NCBI GenBank assembly: GCA_030640025.1
Contig: DAOWKC010000002.1
Span: 360,119-424,118 of the forward strand
Reading direction: 5' to 3'
DNA: 64,000 nucleotides
Source of the DNA: Candidatus Woesearchaeota archaeon
Lineage (GTDB): Archaea > Nanobdellota > Nanobdellia > Woesearchaeales > JAGLXL01
Shown piece by piece: positions 57,067-64,000 of this stretch. Under the pieces are notes generated by a model that was not told the DNA's origin, did no database searches, and was given only the letters and a program-made list of their open reading frames with translations. Each line of letters begins with the position of its first letter. The first letter of the stretch is position 1. The translations under genes were made by a program, and so were the position numbers.

Positions 57067-58452
57067 TTATTTGATTCTCTTTTTTTTCTTTTTCCTCCTT
57101 TTTTTAGGTAATAAACAGAACAAAACATAGACTAACATGCCCAAGGTAATCAAGATTAAAATAATCTTTGAATACAAGACTGTTTCGTCTGTTTCATCCA
57201 CTTTTATTGCAGCGCTGAAATAGCCTGCGATGGTGTCCAACATTGTTGGGATGCTTTCAATCTCACTTAAGATCTCTTTTTCTACTTGTTCTTCAAGCTC
57301 TTCAACTGGTATTGCTTCTAATGGTTTGATTGTTTCCTCGGCTGGTGCAGGGATTTCAATGATTTCGTCATTTTCGCACATATAAGCAGAGTCAATTTCT
57401 TTCCTCTGCCACCTATCACAACCATCTATCCTGACACATTCCTGATACATGCGTGATCCGAGGCAGATTATTCCGCCGAAGCTGCACTCATCAACACATT
57501 CTGCTCTTCTGTAACCACCAGTTGATACAACATCTTCAGTTTCTTGCTTAATTGCATAAGCACTTAAGGTTGTTGTCTCAATAGTAAAGGTCTTGTCGAC
57601 CTTACTTTGAGTCGCACTCACTTCAACAAATGAACCTAAACAAGTTCTGGAAGTAAAGTTCCAGTCTGCACATTTGTAGAGTCCAAGATTGTTTTCATCG
57701 GTAGAGCTTGTTCCATTGTAATCTAAAGTCAGGGTAATGTTACTGAAGCTGCTGAAATTACTGTTTTCTACGGCATAAACAATTAGATAGCCGGTCAGGT
57801 CTGTTTTGTCTAATCCTAATGATTGACCATTGTCAGCTGAGATGTTGATATTGCTCAGCAATACTTGCAATGAATCATTATAGGCCTTAAACAAGACATC
57901 ATAAGTCCAGCTGGCTATTTCATTGGAATAACTGCCGTCTGTCTGTGTATCTGTTAAGATAACTGAACTATCATAGCTGGCTTGTATTTCTGAACTCAAA
58001 CCGCTCAAGTTAGTATCATAGACACTTACATTCCACAACAGTCCTTCTCCGGCAATAAAGTAGTCACTTATTTCTACTGAATCACCACTGTTGGCATAGA
58101 AGGTGATGTTATATCTTCCAGCCAAGGAGGTAGTATAGTTGAAAGCTACATTATCAGTCAGAGTAATATTCTCTACTGAACTGTTTGGTAAAGTAATTGC
58201 AACCCAACTTTTTTGTGCGTTGTAAGTATCTAATAACAGTTCTACATCAGTACTGTTAATCACAACTTTTGGACTTACAGAATATGACAAGATGTATGGA
58301 GTTTGTACTGGAATAGTAAAAGTTACTGGAGTTTGTGTTGATACTGTGGTCGCTGCATTAGCTAAAGCTGTAGCTAATAAAAAGAAAATAAGGAAGCTAA
58401 CTAAAAACTTCCCTAGTTTTTTGCTCTTTCCGTTATTTCTTATTTCCAGCAC
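57067..58452 (-). CDS. surface protein with signal peptide, Cys-rich module, C-terminal TM and poly-basic tail
   Basis: N-terminal LVSFLIFFLLATALANA. LYKCADWNF domain motif. C-terminal TM plus KKRRKKKKKR. Confidence 0.6.
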   Translation of the reverse strand: MLEIRNNGKSKKLGKFLVSFLIFFLLATALANAATTVSTQTPVTFTIPVQTPYILSYSVSPKVVINSTDVELLLDTYNAQKSWVAITLPNSSVENITLTDNVAFNYTTSLAGRYNITFYANSGDSVEISDYFIAGEGLLWNVSVYDTNLSGLSSEIQASYDSSVILTDTQTDGSYSNEIASWTYDVLFKAYNDSLQVLLSNINISADNGQSLGLDKTDLTGYLIVYAVENSNFSSFSNITLTLDYNGTSSTDENNLGLYKCADWNFTSRTCLGSFVEVSATQSKVDKTFTIETTTLSAYAIKQETEDVVSTGGYRRAECVDECSFGGIICLGSRMYQECVRIDGCDRWQRKEIDSAYMCENDEIIEIPAPAEETIKPLEAIPVEELEEQVEKEILSEIESIPTMLDTIAGYFSAAIKVDETDETVLYSKIILILITLGMLVYVLFCLLPKKRRKKKKKRIK

Positions 58453-58473
58453 TTTACCTCGTCATACATCTTT

Positions 58474-59025
58474 TTAGCCATTCACTCCCCAACTTGTCAA
58501 GCTCTTTGTTGATGTGTCGCCTGTTGTACAGCTACTAAAGTCTGCTTTCAGATACCAATCCTGGGCAGCTGCAGCTGGCGTCATGTCTGTAGCTATTGTT
58601 GCGTTTCCTGTACTGTTAATTGGTGCTCCATTATCTGCTCCGGCAAAGGTTGTTGCGCCGGTTAAGTTCATGCAAGATGGTATGTCGGTGTCCAAACTCA
58701 TTGACAAATTCAGGTCCACTGTTCCAGTATTGTCATAACTGAAGATTGGTGTTCCGTCAGACTGGGCAGTTCCACCGCCGGCAACCTGCGGATTGGCATT
58801 GCTATTAGTTCCTGTTGTACTGTTGAACTCAATTCCTGTTGTGGCTGCTCCGCCACCAACACCAGTTACTCCAGCTTGGCCAGGTAGAGTCAAGGTAAAG
58901 GCTACGACTGACCCGACATTGAACTGTACCTGTGTTGTGGTGTAGACTACAGTAGCAATAGCAGCTGGCAAAAGCAATAACAAAGCAGCTGCTAAGACCA
59001 CTAACAATTTCTTGTTTCTTTTCAT
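58474..59025 (-). CDS. secreted G/T/A-rich protein
   Basis: Signal peptide LLVVLAAALLLLLPAAIA. Confidence 0.5.
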   Translation of the reverse strand: MKRNKKLLVVLAAALLLLLPAAIATVVYTTTQVQFNVGSVVAFTLTLPGQAGVTGVGGGAATTGIEFNSTTGTNSNANPQVAGGGTAQSDGTPIFSYDNTGTVDLNLSMSLDTDIPSCMNLTGATTFAGADNGAPINSTGNATIATDMTPAAAAQDWYLKADFSSCTTGDTSTKSLTSWGVNG

Positions 59026-59084
59026 TTAATTTCACCCCCATGTGTTTTTTTGAATTTCATTTCTTGTTTCATTTTTTCCACCTC

Positions 59085-59633
59085 CTAAATGTCACCAATA
59101 TCGGTGATCGTGATTTGGCCAACGGTCGGTTGGCTGGAAACTTTTGTTGCGTCAAAAACCAAGTAGTACAGACCTTCTTCTCCTTGGTTAACATCGACTG
59201 TGAAGGTTCTGCTGCTAGTGCAACAAGAAGTTCCTTGCTGTGTTGTGGCTTTGCTGATGGTATGAGCTCCGGTTTCTTTCCATTGTTCATATCGTTCCTG
59301 GCTGTAAACAACAAACTGGATATTGCTGTCAGTTTCAAAATGTATTTCATATCTTCCCACGGCCAGCTCTGTTGTTTTGACAGTTGGAAATTCTGTAAAA
59401 CTAAACTGGCCGCTTTCATAGGCAGTTTGTCTTACAGGACTCACTACTGGTTGGGTTTGTTGTTGTGTTGCTGGCACTGGCTGTTGTGTCTGCTCTGGGG
59501 TTTGCTCTGGTGCCTGTTGTTTTGTTAATTTTTCTAATTCAGCACAGCCGCTGATTATTCCTCCAATTAGGATAATCAAGCAGAGTGCTAACATTTTCTT
59601 TTTCATTTTATCACCTCTTTTTTCATGTTTCAA
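59085..59633 (-). CDS. putative lipoprotein
   Basis: LALCLIILIGGIISGC lipobox-like sequence. Q/T/P-rich linker. Confidence 0.5.
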   Translation of the reverse strand: MKHEKRGDKMKKKMLALCLIILIGGIISGCAELEKLTKQQAPEQTPEQTQQPVPATQQQTQPVVSPVRQTAYESGQFSFTEFPTVKTTELAVGRYEIHFETDSNIQFVVYSQERYEQWKETGAHTISKATTQQGTSCCTSSRTFTVDVNQGEEGLYYLVFDATKVSSQPTVGQITITDIGDI

Positions 59634-60474
59634 CCACCGTGATAAAGGCCTGGTGGTATGGCCTGCTGATTTTGGTCATACTTCCTTCAACATACAAGTT
59701 CAGATACTGATTGAGCCATTGCCGTGAATACTCTTCTGGAACTTGGCCAGTATCCAAGGCGATGATATAGTTCCCTGGAGGAGTATCTTCCAAGGCTGTC
59801 ACTAACACTTTGACCTTGCTGATTCCTTCCCTCCTGAAAATTGGGAAATTAGGTTCCAGAACGAATGGATTTGGTGCAACTTCTACTGTGAAATACTGAG
59901 CTGCCTCGGTTCCATTCTGTGTTACTGACTTTGAACCATCAAGCAAAGAAGCTCCGGTTGTGATGGTAGCTTCACTTGGGAACAAGGTTTCAAGCCAGAT
60001 TCCCTGATAAGTTTCAACCAAATAACTACTTCTCATAAAAAAGTAAAATTCCAAGGTTTCTCCTGGCACTAAAGTTGAAACTGTATCAGCAGGATAAGTT
60101 GCATAGCCATAGGCTCCCCACCTGTTGACAGGCGGATTTTGCAGCAAAGGCAATCCAATCTCTTCAAAATTCGGGAAAAACTCTGGCTGCATCCAGTATT
60201 TTTCCTCTATTTCTCCTAAGTTAACGATTCTGCCAGATCTGACCACAGATCTCATCTGGTAAAAATCCTCAGGAAATTCAGGCAAGAGGGCGAACATTTC
60301 CCTGGGCAGATAATCTGGCCTGATCGAAACGCCGGAAATTGAATCATTACTCAAGGCGGTTCCTATTCTTTCCTCTAATTCTGGACTGTAGGGTTTTGGT
60401 TCTTCTTCAATACAACCGGTTGCTGCTAACAAAACCGCTACCAAAACAAAAGCTGCTATTATTTGTCGCTTCAT
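59623..60474 (-). CDS. putative lipoprotein
   Basis: VLVAVLLAATGC lipobox-like sequence. Confidence 0.55.
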   Translation of the reverse strand: MKRQIIAAFVLVAVLLAATGCIEEEPKPYSPELEERIGTALSNDSISGVSIRPDYLPREMFALLPEFPEDFYQMRSVVRSGRIVNLGEIEEKYWMQPEFFPNFEEIGLPLLQNPPVNRWGAYGYATYPADTVSTLVPGETLEFYFFMRSSYLVETYQGIWLETLFPSEATITTGASLLDGSKSVTQNGTEAAQYFTVEVAPNPFVLEPNFPIFRREGISKVKVLVTALEDTPPGNYIIALDTGQVPEEYSRQWLNQYLNLYVEGSMTKISRPYHQAFITVVET

Positions 60475-61106
60475 TTTTTTACCTCCAATTTTTTCTTAGC
60501 TCTGGTAAGAGCTGTGTAGATTGTACTCGGGGATTTGCTCAAGAGTCGAGAAATTTCTTTAATCTCGATTCTTTCTGTTTCTTTTAGGTAGAAAACAACT
60601 GCCTCTAACATCGATACTTGTCTGTTTTTCAGAATTTTTACAGGGATTTGCACAACAGACTTAACAATTCTAAAAGAAGCTGGTTGTTTTTTTCTGGCTC
60701 TGGCATAACTGCCCCAAATACCGCGCTCATCACGTCCGAGAGACAAGGCAATTTGCCTCAATCTCATTTCGGCGTTTTCTTTTAAGTATTTAACCACAGC
60801 TTCAGCCGGGCTTAATTTTTCTGAGAAGATTTCTACTGGAACATTATCTCCAGGGATCTTCAGCAGTTCTTCTCGAGAAACATCATGTTCTTGTAGTTTG
60901 TCAACAATCTTTTCATGAAGTTTTAACAGGGATTCTTTATTTAAGGAAGACAAAATGAGATCGTCTGTAGAAATATTCGTGCTAGTGTCTTCTCTTGTAG
61001 ACTTTTTTGTTTTGTGCACAATAAACCCCTGATAAGTACTTGGAATGTAGTGTGGGTATATAAATATTACTCTCTTTGTAAACTTTTGATACTTTTTATG
61101 TAGCAA
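60471..61106 (-). CDS. protein with two tandem copies of the sigma70-r4/HTH_10-like module seen in the 6238 ORF
   Basis: LSPAEAVVKYLKE...RQIALSLGRDERGIWGSYARARKKQ and MLEAVVFYLKE...EISRLLSKSPSTIYTALTRAKKKL. Overlaps the downstream lipoprotein gene by 4 nt. Confidence 0.55.
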   Translation of the reverse strand: MLHKKYQKFTKRVIFIYPHYIPSTYQGFIVHKTKKSTREDTSTNISTDDLILSSLNKESLLKLHEKIVDKLQEHDVSREELLKIPGDNVPVEIFSEKLSPAEAVVKYLKENAEMRLRQIALSLGRDERGIWGSYARARKKQPASFRIVKSVVQIPVKILKNRQVSMLEAVVFYLKETERIEIKEISRLLSKSPSTIYTALTRAKKKLEVKK

Positions 61107-61184
61107 TAATACTTTGTATGTAGAATTAAGTTAAAAAGAGAGGTTTTTGAGAAATTTTAAGAAAAATAGAAAAAATTCAAGAAG

Positions 61185-64000
61185 TTAAGTGCTTTCGTTG
61201 CCTTTGGTGGTCAATGTTCTAATGGTATTGTCATCAGGGTATGCATTGATGAAATCTCCCCAGAAGAAAACATCTTGTGTTGATGTTGGAGTTAGATCTG
61301 AAACTGCGGCAGTGGGAGTAGTTGTTACCTTTGTTGAAGTGCCGGCATTGTAGACTGTGTTGTAAGTTAAATTAAACATTGACGGCAGGGATTCGTTGAG
61401 ATATATTTCAATATCTAAATTGACATCGCCAGTGTTTTGATAGACAAAGAATGGCAAGGTTGAATTTTGACAATTACTGGTGGCACCGACACAAGGATTG
61501 ACGTCTGCCAAAGTGTTTGAAACTGGCGAATCAAAATACATGACACCAGTAAGGTTTCCAGTTGAATTAGCAATGACTGGGGCCTGGCCTGGGAGAGTAA
61601 CGGTGAAACCAATTGTTCCGCAGGCATCTGTGCTTGTTATGTTAATCACATTAGTATCATTAACATTTCCACTGTGATCTTTAGTGTGCACAGTAATATT
61701 ATGAATTGTTCCACAAGATAATCCAGTTGCATTGAAAGAGCTGTTTGTGGTATTGGCTGTGTTGGTTCCATCAATGTAGATGATGGAGGCATTGAAATCA
61801 TTATCTGTTGGATTGGTCCAGTTCCAATAGACCCAGTTTCTTCCTTGTGATAAGTTTTCCAGATTGGTGACTGAAGATGGTGGGGTTATGTCTATAATTG
61901 TCAAGCTTGAGGAATTAACCCAACTGCTGTAGTTTTCACCATCATACAATCTCATCCCGCATTTCCAGTTATCCCCTACTGAAGTATTTCCTGAATTAAG
62001 AATAGCTGAAAACAAACTTCCACTTGTATAGCTGTTATTATAATCAAAAGTTAAATTTAAAATACCCCCTTGATACCATTCCACTGTTACATTTAAGCTG
62101 TCTCCATCAGTGTCTGTGATAACAGATGAACAATTCAAGTCTGAGGTTGTTAAATTAGTGCCGTCTAATGATTCTAATAAAGGTGAAGGATTATCAGGAG
62201 GGTTGTTTGCCTCTTGATAATCCACATAAAGATAAACATAATCTAAATTAATATTTTCTGGACCTTTGTCGTCGTTATTTTTGATATATAGCCAGATACC
62301 ATTACTTAATTGAGTTGGAGTAATGCTATTACATGAAATGGAATTTCTGGTTTCTGAACCATCTTCTGGAGCTGGATTAATTGAACAGATAGTATTACCA
62401 TCTCTAGCGTCTTTGACATGGATTTCCCAGGTTCCAGAAAGAGTGCCCCAGGAATCATAATACAAGGTGGCTGAAGTAACACTTTCTACACTGCTTAAGG
62501 TCTGGAAAGGAGCGTCTATGTGTGCGTTCTTGGTAAGAGTATCACTAGTGCCTCCGTCTGAAGATATGGCATTGAAGCAAGTAGCATCATTGACATCATT
62601 CACATCACAAGATGTGACTGTAAGATTTGAGACTGGATCGACAATATGGTCAAATTCAAGATAGGCATTGGGGTTGCTGCTGACAACTTTTAAATCAAAA
62701 GTGTCATGGTTGCCACTCATGCCAGTTAAAAAAACCTTGTAATAACCTTCATCTGTTATTATTGGGAAGTCTGTGATTTTTTCTGAGCTGTTATAAGTAT
62801 AAACTTCGATATAGGTGTTCAAACTTTGGTTGTTTCTAACATAAAGAGTGATGTCGTTTTGAGAGATCAAACTTTGGCTGAAAGTCACCCTAACATATTC
62901 ATCATCGTCAATCGGCCCTGACCAGACACTATCCAAAGCCTTTACTTCGTCATAAATATCAGCAATAAAATCTTTATTTGTATCTAAATGCTGTGCTGCC
63001 GTGATATTAATTTCACCAAATCCTGGGTCTTCTGCTGTCAAAACAAAAGTATAGTCCTGGCCCGGTGTTAAATCTGATTTGAATAAAGTCCAGCTGCCAA
63101 AACAAGTTTGGGTTGTAAAATTCCAATCTTTACATTTATACAAGGCTGTTCCTTTAGCTGTTACTGTGACTGTGGCGTTGGTGAAATTAAACCTAGTTGG
63201 GTCAATGGCATAAACTTCAATATAATTGCCAAATTCAGGAACGTCATCAATATCAATGAATTCTGTTAAATCAGAATCAATTTCAACATCATGGACTTCA
63301 ATAGATTTAATGGGATGGTCTTGTGGACTCATCTTAACTTTGTATTTTCCTTCCTTAACATTAGTTTTCAATGATTTCTCCTCATCTTTAGCTTTTCCTT
63401 TGCCGCCTTTATTTAAATTGGCTCTTTTGCTGTGCTCGACTTCTTCTGTATCAACATCTTCAAATTCAACCAAAACATCAACTGGGTTGCCTTCATGATC
63501 CAAAACATCGGCATTGAAATCAAATTCCCTTTGCACACCAAAAGCAATGATTTCTGTTTGGGAGCCGACTTTGATTCTAAAATATTCATTATTCCAGCCT
63601 GGCACATTCAAAGTTACATTTTCCCCAGCAAGGCTTGTTTCCTGGCTTAAGGTGTAATTAATCTCTCCAGTGATAAAAATCGGCAGCTCTCTATCAGCAT
63701 CATGATGGAATACTACAACTAAACTATTTTCAATAATTTCTGTTGAGTCAATGACAACTTCATAAGTCGGGTCGTCTTTGATTTTGGTATAAGTAATATT
63801 AGTAATATTTTCCAAGCTTTCAATCCAAGCAATACTGCTGGAATTAATTTCTATTGAGTAAGATTCGTTAATAATTAGGTTTTGAATCAATTCAAATTCA
63901 TTGTTACATCTTTGCCTTTTAAAGTTCCAATCAGTACATTGGTACAAATTATTTCCTTTAGCTAGTATTCTGATTTCACCTGATTCATAATCAATTAAAG
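61185..64000 (-). CDS. large secreted beta-rich surface protein, 5' end beyond the window. The listed start at 63947 is a TTG inside a domain.
   Basis: The reading frame stays open to the window edge. The LY[KQ]C.DWNF...C motif occurs twice. Many N-x-S/T sequons. Confidence 0.65.
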   Translation of the reverse strand, partial: LIDYESGEIRILAKGNNLYQCTDWNFKRQRCNNEFELIQNLIINESYSIEINSSSIAWIESLENITNITYTKIKDDPTYEVVIDSTEIIENSLVVVFHHDADRELPIFITGEINYTLSQETSLAGENVTLNVPGWNNEYFRIKVGSQTEIIAFGVQREFDFNADVLDHEGNPVDVLVEFEDVDTEEVEHSKRANLNKGGKGKAKDEEKSLKTNVKEGKYKVKMSPQDHPIKSIEVHDVEIDSDLTEFIDIDDVPEFGNYIEVYAIDPTRFNFTNATVTVTAKGTALYKCKDWNFTTQTCFGSWTLFKSDLTPGQDYTFVLTAEDPGFGEINITAAQHLDTNKDFIADIYDEVKALDSVWSGPIDDDEYVRVTFSQSLISQNDITLYVRNNQSLNTYIEVYTYNSSEKITDFPIITDEGYYKVFLTGMSGNHDTFDLKVVSSNPNAYLEFDHIVDPVSNLTVTSCDVNDVNDATCFNAISSDGGTSDTLTKNAHIDAPFQTLSSVESVTSATLYYDSWGTLSGTWEIHVKDARDGNTICSINPAPEDGSETRNSISCNSITPTQLSNGIWLYIKNNDDKGPENINLDYVYLYVDYQEANNPPDNPSPLLESLDGTNLTTSDLNCSSVITDTDGDSLNVTVEWYQGGILNLTFDYNNSYTSGSLFSAILNSGNTSVGDNWKCGMRLYDGENYSSWVNSSSLTIIDITPPSSVTNLENLSQGRNWVYWNWTNPTDNDFNASIIYIDGTNTANTTNSSFNATGLSCGTIHNITVHTKDHSGNVNDTNVINITSTDACGTIGFTVTLPGQAPVIANSTGNLTGVMYFDSPVSNTLADVNPCVGATSNCQNSTLPFFVYQNTGDVNLDIEIYLNESLPSMFNLTYNTVYNAGTSTKVTTTPTAAVSDLTPTSTQDVFFWGDFINAYPDDNTIRTLTTKGNEST

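Noticed and set aside
63947-63947. Annotated start of the 920-aa ORF
   Set aside because: It is a TTG within the conserved ...AKGNNLYQCTDWNF domain, and the frame stays open to position 64000. The true start lies outside the window.

Overview
AT-rich (~35% GC) archaeal window, probably a DPANN-type genome. The archaeal call rests on S15P/S13e, an RNase P Rpp21 subunit, a Dph2 fragment, archaeal-type AlaRS, Elp3 and XPD. It sits alongside bacterial-type class I GAPDH and PGK.

Housekeeping genes include rps15, xpd, alaS, ybaK/proX, an S2P-CBS protease, a DHH phosphoesterase, two PNP/MTAP paralogs plus apt, ridA, rnp4, a SET-domain protein, a saccharopine-dehydrogenase-like enzyme, pgk, gap, a NOL1/NOP2/Sun methyltransferase and elp3.

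Interleaved with these is a striking accessory load:
- A 4289-aa surface protein (12.9 kb). It has an N-terminal signal anchor, an NET/PEP-rich stalk, two FG-GAP beta-propeller blocks, three nearly identical LamG/ConA-like repeats and a very long right-handed beta-helix. It is translationally coupled to a 71-aa sigma70-region-4/HTH_10-like protein and followed by a Hanks Ser/Thr kinase with a TM helix and TPR repeats.
- A second secreted-protein operon on the minus strand (57.0-64.0 kb), headed by a protein carrying two copies of the same HTH module.
- Three wHTH-nucleotidyltransferase + HEPN pairs.
- Three DUF4258-like toxin genes with two kinds of partner (DUF2283; Zn-ribbon+AbrB).
- A toxin-antitoxin cassette bounded by a ~41-bp direct repeat that has truncated dph2.
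- A 2.5-kb hotspot (47.4-49.8 kb) with two inverted-repeat-bounded single-gene cassettes separated by att-like TTGAGTTTAAT direct repeats.
- A 5-gene operon of membrane-anchored extracellular proteins sharing a small Cys-rich motif.

No CRISPR array, rRNA or confidently identifiable tRNA was seen. One GC-rich structured intergenic region (about 5.69-6.03 kb) is a candidate ncRNA.
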